DNA of 62,570 bases, the filler included. It is 6 parts of 6 records of this genome, joined end to end, with 100 filler letters (N's around TTAATTAATTAA, not from the genome) between each part and the next. Parts side by side here need not be neighbours in the genome. Positions count along the whole stretch, not along the records: positions 36,043 to 44,265 come from SRR31156797_6549; positions 44,366 to 50,459 come from SRR31156797_6582; positions 50,560 to 56,358 come from SRR31156797_6587; 3 more parts are not named here. The stretch is one strand, 5' to 3'. This document shows, piece by piece, positions 42,029 to 50,560 of the stretch; within the stretch, counting starts at the first letter, position 1, and every line of letters starts with the position of its first letter. The notes below the pieces were generated by a model, which ran no database searches, was not told the origin of the DNA, and worked only from the letters and a program-made list of their open reading frames with translations. A program made the translations under genes and the position numbers.

Positions 42029-44149
42029 TTAATTGCCGATGACCCGTTTCAGTCTTTTGAGCATATCTGAAAAACTGATCAGGTTTTCGGGGTTGCTGTT
42101 GATTACGTTGATGCCGAACAAAGGCGGCCTTTTTATAATGTACTCGATTCCATCATCTCTGATCAAGCCTCGAATCTTGAAGATGTCGTCATCAAGGGTA
42201 CATTCAAGACCCAGTCCGGCATATCCGAATTCCTTGAAGAATTGCGAGAACACGCCCACGCCAGCCCCGGTAAGCCCGGAACCTGTCCCGATAACTGAGA
42301 GGGTGTTTACTGCTTTGAGGCTGATATCCCCGGACTTTCCGGAACCAGGAGTTGTGCGGGCCATAAGGTGGAATGCCGCAGGCTGCTCGTAAGCAATGAC
42401 CAGTTCGGTCAAATCGAGGTCCATGCGACCGGTAATGCGGCCGATGTCCAGCGCCTGACTGAGTGGTTCAAGATCAAGGTGCTTTACGCTGAAGTCCGCT
42501 CCGAATTGGCGGGAATTTTCAAAAGGATTTTCCGCAAACATTTCATCAATGGTCATCTCTCCGCCGTAGACATTGCCGAAAAGTTTTCCACTGGTGGAAA
42601 GATGGTCTTTAAGCAGCCAGAATTTCAAGTTGCCGTTTAGCTGTCCGTCTATGGGCAGTGATTTCGGGGAAAGGGGGAGCAGATTTATGTCCTTGGCGAT
42701 GACCTTGCCACTGAGTACAAAGTCATCATTAAAGGGATGACGCATCTTCAAGTCGGAAAGATTGAGGGTCCCTCCCTCCAGATTGATGGTCGGGACGGTT
42801 CCGAATTCAATGGAGTTGGAGGAAACGCTGATGGGAAAGGTGAACTTTCTTATCTCAAGCTGTCCGGATTTGATTTCTTCAAAGCTGACCATGCCCGCCG
42901 AGGAATAGGGCTGGGTCTCATCCGCTTGGGGCAGGAATTTTTCATCAAGTGAAAGTACAAAGGGCAGATCGGCATCAATGCCGCTGAACACGGTTTCATC
43001 TTTGCTGACCGTGCAGTTTTCAAAACTCATGTCCCCGCGCAGGATGGTTTTTCCTTTTGTGCCGTTAAAGGCGCAGCGCAGGGCAAATTTACCCGTGCCG
43101 TCCAATCCTTCCAATGAGAAGGGCTCAATAACAAAGGATCTGAAGGGGACGGACAATTCAGCCGTTTTGTATTCGGCCTTGCCGTAAAATGAGAGCTTAG
43201 TGAAAAGTTCATTCAGCCGCGCTTTAACTTTCAAACCTCCCATGCCTTTCCAGTCTACAAGGGTTTCAAGATCAAGATTTCCTGCTTTATCGGGCAGGGT
43301 GGATTTAATTTTAGCTTGCAGCGGCTGGTCAGTGAAATTCACGTAAAAGGTGTCGTAGAGGGCTTCCCCAGATTTGAAGTTGATTTTCAGGATAGGCTGC
43401 GGATTACCCATCAGGCTAATGGTTTCGATACTTCCGCTCATACTGTCTACCAGTGCCATCCCGTCGGCTGACGCAGCTGAAAGTCCTTTGAAATCAAGGC
43501 GCAAATCTGCTTCAGGGGAACTGTTAATCTTCCGCAGCGCGACTTTCAGTGTAAATTGCCCTTCCTTATCCCACTTTTCAAAGTCCGGGAAATTTAGCTC
43601 TACAAGTTGTTCCAGCAGTGGCAAGGGATTGCTGATTTCCAGCAGGCAACTTCCATTATCAACCGGGGAGTATGTTAATCGGGTTGTAAGTTCAGGCAGG
43701 TTGCCGGCTTTTATCTGCAAATTTTTGAAGTCCGCTGCGCCGGAGATGGGATCGATAATTCCGTTTCCAGTGACGGTCAGGTCGGGAGAGTCCAATCCTA
43801 GTTGTGGGATATCCAAGTCCAGTCTGTTGATATTCAGGGCAAAATTACTCAGTCGCAGCAATCCCGACTCAAGGTTGAAGGTGCTGCGGACGTTGATGGG
43901 ACCGGACTTTAATGGGCCTTTCTTATTTAGGTAATTGCCGCTGAACCTGAAATTTGTACCTTGCAGATGTTCGATATATCCCTTCAGAATTCCAGCTATT
44001 CCTGCTTGTGGCAAATCAACGGAGAATTGCCAGTTCAGTCCGAATCCACCATCTTTTGAAAAAGAGGATTGCGGGATGGTGAAGATCAGCAGCAGAAGCA
44101 TACATGCGCTGAAGAAAAGGGAGCGTCTGTTCATCTGAGATATATACAC
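42029..44149 (-). CDS. YdbH/AsmA-like beta-rich envelope protein
   Basis: N-terminal hydrophobic anchor, long amphipathic beta-strand pattern, C-terminus FGYAGLGLECTL...ISFSDMLKRLKRV; directly upstream of the DUF1318-like gene. Confidence 0.68.
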   Translation of the reverse strand: MYISQMNRRSLFFSACMLLLLIFTIPQSSFSKDGGFGLNWQFSVDLPQAGIAGILKGYIEHLQGTNFRFSGNYLNKKGPLKSGPINVRSTFNLESGLLRLSNFALNINRLDLDIPQLGLDSPDLTVTGNGIIDPISGAADFKNLQIKAGNLPELTTRLTYSPVDNGSCLLEISNPLPLLEQLVELNFPDFEKWDKEGQFTLKVALRKINSSPEADLRLDFKGLSAASADGMALVDSMSGSIETISLMGNPQPILKINFKSGEALYDTFYVNFTDQPLQAKIKSTLPDKAGNLDLETLVDWKGMGGLKVKARLNELFTKLSFYGKAEYKTAELSVPFRSFVIEPFSLEGLDGTGKFALRCAFNGTKGKTILRGDMSFENCTVSKDETVFSGIDADLPFVLSLDEKFLPQADETQPYSSAGMVSFEEIKSGQLEIRKFTFPISVSSNSIEFGTVPTINLEGGTLNLSDLKMRHPFNDDFVLSGKVIAKDINLLPLSPKSLPIDGQLNGNLKFWLLKDHLSTSGKLFGNVYGGEMTIDEMFAENPFENSRQFGADFSVKHLDLEPLSQALDIGRITGRMDLDLTELVIAYEQPAAFHLMARTTPGSGKSGDISLKAVNTLSVIGTGSGLTGAGVGVFSQFFKEFGYAGLGLECTLDDDIFKIRGLIRDDGIEYIIKRPPLFGINVINSNPENLISFSDMLKRLKRVIGN

Positions 44150-44181
44150 TGCTGGCGGCCCGCTGAAAAGCCAGATGGATC

Positions 44182-44223
44182 AAAAGAAAAAGGGAGATTT
44201 GGTCAGATTAGCCAAATCTCCCT
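44182..44223 (-). terminator. Intrinsic terminator of an upstream minus-strand transcript
   Basis: Minus strand reads AGGGAGATTTGG-CTAATCTGA-CCAAATCTCCCT-TTTTCTTTT. Confidence 0.7.
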
Positions 44224-44265
44224 ATATAAAACAACTAGGGATTCCAAAGGGGCTTAGCTCCTTTG

Positions 44266-44365
44266 NNNNNNNNNNNNNNNNNNNNNNNNNNNNNNNNNNN
44301 NNNNNNNNNTTAATTAATTAANNNNNNNNNNNNNNNNNNNNNNNNNNNNNNNNNNNNNNNNNNNN
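44266..44365. other. Artificial contig linker
   Basis: N44-TTAATTAATTAA-N44. Confidence 0.98.
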
Positions 44366-44366
44366 T

Positions 44367-44807
44367 GAGGGTGTTATGAACCACTCATTCTTAGAATTCA
44401 GACCATATTCTGGAACAGTTGAAACTAGAAAAAATGGTGCACTTGTATCTATGGAAAATGGAGAAGCATTAGGTTACTCAATTTTCAACCTTCAAGAAAG
44501 AGGAATAATGTATATTAAGCCTCAAGATAAGGTTTATTTAGGAATGGTTATCGGTGAGCACGCGAAGTCTAACGACTTAGATGTTAACCCTATCAAAGGT
44601 AAGGCACTTACAAATGTTAGGGCATCAGGTTCGGACGACGCTATTAAGCTAGTTCCACCAAGAGTGATGTCCCTAGAAAATGCATTAGAGTGGATTGAGG
44701 AAGATGAGTTAGTCGAGGTTACACCGCAGACGATAAGAATAAGAAAAAGAGAGCTTGACCCTACAGTTAGGAAAAGAGCTGCTAAGAAGGCAAAATACGC
44801 TGAATAG
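44367..44807 (+). CDS. typA: Translational GTPase TypA/BipA, C-terminal fragment
   Basis: [29 protein letters not shown] and [15 protein letters not shown] motifs; frame open from the gap. Confidence 0.95.
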   Translation, partial: EGVMNHSFLEFRPYSGTVETRKNGALVSMENGEALGYSIFNLQERGIMYIKPQDKVYLGMVIGEHAKSNDLDVNPIKGKALTNVRASGSDDAIKLVPPRVMSLENALEWIEEDELVEVTPQTIRIRKRELDPTVRKRAAKKAKYAE

Positions 44808-44831
44808 CATGCAAACCTAGCAACAAGTTAC

Positions 44832-44870
44832 AAAAAGGGGAAGAGCTCAGAGCTCTTCCCCTTTTTTTTT
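44832..44870 (+). terminator. typA intrinsic terminator
   Basis: AAAAAGGGGAAGAGCT-CAG-AGCTCTTCCCC followed by T9. Confidence 0.92.
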
Positions 44871-44966
44871 GATTAAAATTTAAAGGTAGTAAAAATGAGT
44901 ATAGTAATAAAAAAAGAGATTATGAACATTAATGGAAAACTATTTTATAAAAAGGAGAATAGAAAT

Positions 44967-45251
44967 ATGAAAACAATTATTATTGAAAAATGTGCAAAAA
45001 ATGAGATGCCGATGGAACAGATGCAAATGCAGCCGTGGTGCAGTTCACATAATAATTGGTCCAATAAACACAAGAAGAGTAAGGGCGTCTTGAAGATGCT
45101 CCTAGAAGAAGCCAAACAAGAAACAACAAAAATCAATACCAATAGGCTTAGGCTAACAATTGGTTTTGAAGACAGAAATATCCAAGCATTATTTGAAGAT
45201 TTGGATTATTTAGACAGAAGGGAGTTGAATTTATATGCAGTAAACTTTTAA
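44967..45251 (+). CDS. Hypothetical protein (94 aa; 118 aa if it starts at 44895)
   Basis: Strong AAGGAG RBS before ATG 44967; long open frame in AT-rich DNA; no recognised family. Confidence 0.6.
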   Translation: MKTIIIEKCAKNEMPMEQMQMQPWCSSHNNWSNKHKKSKGVLKMLLEEAKQETTKINTNRLRLTIGFEDRNIQALFEDLDYLDRRELNLYAVNF

Positions 45252-45341
45252 AGGTTACTGATGAAAAAACATATAAATTTTAATTTATTCAAAATAAAAT
45301 AGGAGAAAACCACTTTTCTCCTATTGCACAAGGAGAAAAGA

Positions 45342-45431
45342 ATGGAAATTAATACTACAAAAAAAGACTATATAATATTGGGAACAATATATTTTATTAC
45401 TATCTTTGGTAGTTTTTTATTGGTAAACTAA
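45342..45431 (+). CDS. Unannotated 29-aa single-TM peptide MEINTTKKDYIILGTIYFITIFGSFLLVN
   Basis: AAGGAG RBS 6 nt before the ATG; KK followed by a 19-residue hydrophobic stretch. Confidence 0.6.
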   Translation: MEINTTKKDYIILGTIYFITIFGSFLLVN

Positions 45432-45470
45432 GATAAAAAACTATAAAAAACAAATCAATTTTTTAATTTT

Positions 45471-45497
45471 TTAGCACTTTTTAAAAATAAGTGCTAA
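45471..45497. promoter_or_regulatory. CIRCE-like operator 1 (HrcA)
   Basis: TTAGCACTT-N9-AAGTGCTAA versus consensus TTAGCACTC-N9-GAGTGCTAA; upstream of Hsp20. Confidence 0.85.
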
Positions 45498-45566
45498 AAA
45501 ATTTATATTATAAAAGTACCAATTTTAGGTAATTTATAAAAAATAGAATAAAAAATTTAAAAAATA

Positions 45567-45593
45567 TTAGCACTTACTCTTGACAAGTGCTAA
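45567..45593. promoter_or_regulatory. CIRCE-like operator 2, overlapping the -35 box
   Basis: TTAGCACTT-ACTCTTGAC-AAGTGCTAA. Confidence 0.88.
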
Positions 45594-45609
45594 AAAATAT
45601 TGTTATAAT
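45580..45609 (+). promoter_or_regulatory. Sigma70 promoter of Hsp20
   Basis: TTGACA (45580-85), 18-nt spacer, TG-t-TATAAT (TATAAT at 45604-09). Confidence 0.8.
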
Positions 45610-45616
45610 TTCACAA

Positions 45617-45637
45617 CTTGATAAAAGTAATATCAAG
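45617..45637. promoter_or_regulatory. HAIR-like inverted repeat (HspR operator candidate)
   Basis: CTTGATA-N7-TATCAAG versus HAIR CTTGAGT-N7-ACTCAAG; located at the predicted transcription start. Confidence 0.6.
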
Positions 45638-45659
45638 AAAATGATTTTAGGAGGAAATT

Positions 45660-46073
45660 ATGCTATTAACAAAATTTGACCCTTTTAAACAATTTAAAGA
45701 ATTAGAAAAAAACTTTTATAACTATCCAAGCAATGAAGGAGTAAATGGTTTTGTTCCTGTTGTAAATACAAGAGAGAGTGAAAATTCATATCATATTGAT
45801 GTGGATTTACCAGGAATCAAAAAAGAAGATATTTCAGTTGATGTAGATAAAAATGTTTTAACAATATCTGGTGAAAGAAAAACTAGAGAAGAAGTAAAAG
45901 AGGAAGATTATTATAAAGTTGAAACATCTTTTGGTAAATTCTCAAGAAGTTTCACAATTCCTGAAAACACAGATATTGAAAATATAAATGCAAAAAGTAA
46001 TGATGGCGTTTTAGAAATTGAAATTCCAAAGGTAGAAGCTACAAAAACAAAAAAAACAATTGCAATTAACTAA
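45660..46073 (+). CDS. Hsp20/alpha-crystallin small heat-shock protein
   Basis: DLPGIKKEDI, LTISGER, FSRSFTIP, DGVLEIEIPK and C-terminal I-x-I; AGGAGG RBS. Confidence 0.96.
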   Translation: MLLTKFDPFKQFKELEKNFYNYPSNEGVNGFVPVVNTRESENSYHIDVDLPGIKKEDISVDVDKNVLTISGERKTREEVKEEDYYKVETSFGKFSRSFTIPENTDIENINAKSNDGVLEIEIPKVEATKTKKTIAIN

Positions 46074-46079
46074 CTTAAT

Positions 46080-46102
46080 AAGGGGATTTAGTTAATCCCC
46101 TT
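46080..46102 (+). terminator. Hairpin after Hsp20 (probable terminator; poor U-tract)
   Basis: AAGGGGATT-TAGTT-AATCCCCTT. Confidence 0.55.
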
Positions 46103-46288
46103 GAAAATAGTGATAAGAGGTAGATTTAAAAAATTTAATACACTATTCTCCTTACTACCTCTTTTCACTGTTTTTAGCCTACAAAGAGTTACATTCTTAA
46201 ATCTTGGTAATTTATTTTTTACTTTTTATGTTAATTTTTAGTTTGAGTATAATAGTATAAGGGCTAAATTTATATAGGATGGTACAGA

Positions 46289-46924
46289 ATGAACCTAAGA
46301 GATTACTACTTTTTTAATTCACTAAATGATGAAGAGATAAAAAGATTAGAAGAGATCTCCTATATTAAAAAGTTTTCAAGAGGTGAAATAGTTTTTTATG
46401 AAAAAGACCAATCAAAATATCTTCACCTACTAGTTAAAGGTATTGTAAAAATATACAAACACGATTTTAAAGACAATGAGTTAGTTATTCATAATATTTC
46501 AGCTTTATCATTTATTGCAGAGATTGCAAACTATGAAGAAAAACCTTTTCCTGCAAATTGTTCTTTTGAAACAGAGGGTGAAGTTGTACTGATAAATTAT
46601 GAAAAATTTAGAGATGAGTTTTTATATAAAAAAGATATAGCAATGCTTTTTATAAAATCACTGAGTCAAAAAATAAAATATTTAGAAAGCTTTATAAATA
46701 ATAGTGTAAGTATAGATGTAAATGCAAAAGTGTCTAAATTTATTTATGATAATGAAAAAACAATAAATTCAATGAAACAGATAAAAATTGCAGAAATATT
46801 AAATATTAGAGAAGAAACTCTTTCTAGAAAAATTACACTTCTTGTCAAAAAAGGTATTATTAGAAAAGAAAGAAGAAATATAATTATACTAGATCACAAA
46901 AAACTCTTAGAGGAATTTATCTAA
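46289..46924 (+). CDS. Crp/Fnr family transcriptional regulator
   Basis: cNMP-binding fold (GIVKIY, FIAE, FPANC) and C-terminal HTH IAEILNIREETLSR; no Fnr Cys cluster. Confidence 0.92.
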   Translation: MNLRDYYFFNSLNDEEIKRLEEISYIKKFSRGEIVFYEKDQSKYLHLLVKGIVKIYKHDFKDNELVIHNISALSFIAEIANYEEKPFPANCSFETEGEVVLINYEKFRDEFLYKKDIAMLFIKSLSQKIKYLESFINNSVSIDVNAKVSKFIYDNEKTINSMKQIKIAEILNIREETLSRKITLLVKKGIIRKERRNIIILDHKKLLEEFI

Positions 46925-48026
46925 GAGTTAAAAGTGTGATTTCAGAACTTGCTCCCAATCTCATTGGTGGACCCCAAAATCCTGTTCCTTTATTAATATA
47001 TATTTGAGTGTTTTCATTATGTTGATGCAAACCTTTCACATAAGGTTGTTGAAGTTTTACAAGAAAATTAAAAGGGAATATTTGTCCACCATGTGTATGT
47101 CCTGATAAAATCAAATCAACATTTTTTACCTCTTCTATATATCTTGGTTGATGTGCAAGTAAAACAGTAGGGCTATTTTTTGTATTTTTCAAAGCTTTAT
47201 CTAAATCAGGAATATATGCATTTGTTCTATAACCCATCACATCATAAACACCAGCAAGGTTAAAGCCTTTGTTCTCTTCACCGATATATACACTTTCATT
47301 TTCAAGGGTTTTTATTCCTAAAGTATTTACATAATCAATAATAGATTGAACTCCATGGAAATACTCGTGATTTCCTACAATAAAATATGTACCATAAGTT
47401 GATTTTAGATTTTTAAGTTCATTTAGTGCTTCTTTTGCATACTCAATATTTGTATCAACTAAGTCACCTGTTATAACTACAATATCAGCTTGTAATTTAT
47501 TTACTCTCTTTACTATTTGCCCTATAAACTCTTTGTCTATTAAGCCACCAATATGAATATCACTAAGTTGAGCAATTTTATAGCTTTTTTGTAAGTCTTT
47601 TATCTTTACATCTACTTTTTCAAGTTCCACATGGCGAGCATTATACATTGCTTTTGCATTTATTGCAGTTGCAGCGGATATTGCACCAATATCAAGAGAT
47701 TTTTTAAAGAAACCCCTTCTGGTTTCATTTGTTGTGGTTTTATGAATTAAATAGTGTGATACTTCATAGAGTATAGTAGCTATAAATAGTAAGAAAATTA
47801 TACCAATAGGTATTGACAATAAAAAATATGCCCAATTTGGAATTATAGGATTATATCTAGCAAACATGTATCCTAAAACACCAAATAAGTTTATACCTAA
47901 AAAAATATTGATATATGTTTTATATATCTTTTTAAAGTGAAGTTTTTTTACAAATCTATTAGAAATATATAGAGTAAAAAGTGCCATCACTATAAAAAAA
48001 ACGGTTGCAAATATTATAAATCTCAT
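46917..48026 (-). CDS. Membrane-anchored metallophosphoesterase (YkuE-like)
   Basis: Three N-terminal TM helices; SDIH, GDLVD, GNHE, LAHQP and SGHTHGGQ motifs. Confidence 0.92.
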   Translation of the reverse strand: MRFIIFATVFFIVMALFTLYISNRFVKKLHFKKIYKTYINIFLGINLFGVLGYMFARYNPIIPNWAYFLLSIPIGIIFLLFIATILYEVSHYLIHKTTTNETRRGFFKKSLDIGAISAATAINAKAMYNARHVELEKVDVKIKDLQKSYKIAQLSDIHIGGLIDKEFIGQIVKRVNKLQADIVVITGDLVDTNIEYAKEALNELKNLKSTYGTYFIVGNHEYFHGVQSIIDYVNTLGIKTLENESVYIGEENKGFNLAGVYDVMGYRTNAYIPDLDKALKNTKNSPTVLLAHQPRYIEEVKNVDLILSGHTHGGQIFPFNFLVKLQQPYVKGLHQHNENTQIYINKGTGFWGPPMRLGASSEITLLTLR

Positions 48027-48082
48027 GAAAATAATTATATCTTTTGAAGATTAATGAAATTTAAACTTACAAATCTAAATAA

Positions 48083-49390
48083 TTATTTAGAGATAGATTG
48101 TTTAAGTGCTAAGATTAGGTGGTCTAGGTCTTCTATTGTTTGAGAATAGTGTATTGATATTCTAAGCCATCCTGGTTTAGTTTCAATCTCTTTTTTAGAA
48201 GAAAAACCTAATAAATCATGCCCATAAGGACCTGCACAAGAACATCCTGCTCTTGTTTGAATTCCCCCATTAGAAGAAAGCTTTTGACATATTTCGTATG
48301 GATTTATATCTTTAATATTAAAAGAGATTATTCCAATATTTTTAGAAACTTTATTTCCATAAATATTGATACCTTCAATCTTTTTTAACTCATCTAGTAG
48401 GTATTGTAGAAGCATCTCTTTTCTTTCAAAGATAAACTCAAAGCCTATTTCATTTCTTAGTTGATATGCTAGGGCACTTCTTATTAGTTGTAAGATTCCA
48501 GGTGTTCCTGCTGTTTCTCTTACACTCAACTCTTTTTCATACTCTTGTATTTTTGAGTTTACATAAGAAACTGTTCCCCCACCAGCAAAAGTTGGAGAAA
48601 GAGTTGTATCTACTATTGATTCTCTAATAATAAGCAATCCACAGCTTCCAGGGCCACCAAGAAGTTTGTGTGGAGATAGATATAAAGCATCATAATATTC
48701 ACAATCTACATTCATATATGGAGAACTAGCAGCTGCATCAAAACATACAAGGGCATTGTATTTTCTTAATATATTTGAGATATCTTTATAACAAGTGATT
48801 ATTCCAGATACATTTGAAGCAACACAAAAACTTCCGATAAGTTCTCTATGTTGATTCTCTTTTAGTACTTGTTCAAGCTCTTCTAAATCAACTAAACCAT
48901 CTTCTGTAAGTCCTATTCTTCTTATTTCGCATAGGGCTTCTCGATAGCTTACTTCATTTGAGTGGTGTTCATAAGGTCCAACAACAACAAGAGGTAAACT
49001 CTCTTTTGGAATACTTATATCATATCTTTTTTTAGTAGCAGGTGGAATATATAAACCTAATAACTCTTGAAACTTTTTAATAGCAGCAGTAGAACCACAA
49101 CCAGAAGGCAGTACTGAAAACTCATCAGTTAAAGCAAGGCTTTTTTTCAAAGATTCAATTGCTTGATTATAGTATTGTGAAGTGATATCTGCATTTGATG
49201 ATTCTTTAGAATGTGTGTTTGCATAAGTTTCTAAAACATCTCTAATACGATTTTCTATTTGTCTAAAAGCAAGTCCTGAAGCAGTATAGTCAAAATACTC
49301 TTTTTTGCTTTTTCCAATAGTATTATATCTTATAAAATCTAGGGTATTAGTGTTTTTATCAAAAAATGGTCTATATAAATCTTTTCTCAT
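48083..49390 (-). CDS. Class V PLP aminotransferase / cysteine desulfurase-like protein
   Basis: DYTASG, YANTH, EHHSN, SPHKLLGGPG (PLP Lys), GTP and RAGCSCAGPY motifs. Confidence 0.9.
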   Translation of the reverse strand: MRKDLYRPFFDKNTNTLDFIRYNTIGKSKKEYFDYTASGLAFRQIENRIRDVLETYANTHSKESSNADITSQYYNQAIESLKKSLALTDEFSVLPSGCGSTAAIKKFQELLGLYIPPATKKRYDISIPKESLPLVVVGPYEHHSNEVSYREALCEIRRIGLTEDGLVDLEELEQVLKENQHRELIGSFCVASNVSGIITCYKDISNILRKYNALVCFDAAASSPYMNVDCEYYDALYLSPHKLLGGPGSCGLLIIRESIVDTTLSPTFAGGGTVSYVNSKIQEYEKELSVRETAGTPGILQLIRSALAYQLRNEIGFEFIFERKEMLLQYLLDELKKIEGINIYGNKVSKNIGIISFNIKDINPYEICQKLSSNGGIQTRAGCSCAGPYGHDLLGFSSKKEIETKPGWLRISIHYSQTIEDLDHLILALKQSISK

Positions 49391-49428
49391 AGGATAATTT
49401 TAGCTTATTTTTATTATAGATTCTATTA

Positions 49429-49455
49429 ATAAGAGAGAAGAAAACTCTCTCTTAT
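49429..49455 (-). terminator. Hairpin downstream of the sulfite/nitrite reductase
   Basis: ATAAGAGAGA-AGAAAAC-TCTCTCTTAT. Confidence 0.55.
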
Positions 49456-49456
49456 C

Positions 49457-50459
49457 TTATGAAGCTTTTGTTAGAAGATAATCTCTAAAGCTTGTAAAAT
49501 CAGAATCTTGATACTCAAGAATCATATTTTCAATATACTCTTTTGTATCCTCTTCTGCAAATTTTACTCCAGTTTTTTGTGCATATTCAGTCTCTTTTCC
49601 ATGTAAGAAACCGGCAACTACCATCTCATATCCAACTACTGGTTTTCCATCTTTTTTAACTTTTGTACCAATAAGTCCGATATCTGCAATATGTGAGTGT
49701 GCACATGAGTTTGGACAACCATTTATTGAAATGGCTACTCTCTCTCCAAAATCTGGGAACTTCTCTTCAAGATAATCAACAACCTCTTTTGCTTTGCCTT
49801 TAGTTTCACTAATTGCAAATTTACAGAAGTTTAATCCTGTACATGCTTGAACTCTAGCTTTGAAGTTTGAAGGGAATGGTGAAATTCCTGCTTCTTCTAA
49901 CTCATCTGCCATTGCTTTTGCATTTTTAGTTGGAACTGATGTAATGATAATATTTTGAGTAACAGTTGCTCTAAGAGCAGTTGCTTCATATTTTTCAAAT
50001 AGTTCAATAAGTTTATTTAAACCATCAAGTCCAATGTGTCCAGAGTTTAAAGCACAACCAATAAAGCTTTTACCTTCTTCTTTAGATTCATTTATTCCAA
50101 AATGTTCTCTAAATTTTGAGTGAACATAATCGATATCGTTTTCAGGTTTGATTTCAAAAGATAGTTTACCTTGTAACTCTTCTTTGAATTTTTCAATTCC
50201 CCAATCTTCGATAATATGCCCAAGTCTTGCTTTTCTTCTGTTTTCTCTGTTACCGTTATCTCTATAGATTTCAATTACAGCTTCAGTTAAAGGAATAACT
50301 TGTGAAGGGTCAATAAAACCAATATGGTCTGCAACTCTTCTATTTGATGCTAATCCACCACCAACACTTACTGCAAATTGGATTTCACCATTTTCTTGTT
50401 TTACAGCGTTGAAGCTTAGGTCTTGCATCTCATGGTGCATACAGTTTTTAGAACATCCA
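49457..50459 (-). CDS. Siroheme nitrite/sulfite reductase hemoprotein, 5'-truncated
   Basis: VGGG, RRKARL, CTGLNFC and GCPNSC (4Fe-4S/siroheme ligands), ADIG; frame open to the gap (GCSKNCMHHE). Confidence 0.92.
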
Positions 50460-50559
50460 NNNNNNNNNNNNNNNNNNNNNNNNNNNNNNNNNNNNNNNNN
50501 NNNTTAATTAATTAANNNNNNNNNNNNNNNNNNNNNNNNNNNNNNNNNNNNNNNNNNNN
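50460..50559. other. Artificial contig linker
   Basis: N44-TTAATTAATTAA-N44. Confidence 0.98.
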
Positions 50560-50560
50560 A

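Noticed and set aside
36398..44257. Long opposite-strand ORFs (e.g. 36398-37156, 37881-38408, 43374-43934)
   Set aside because: They are shadows of well-supported genes in GC-richer DNA and have no motifs or RBS.
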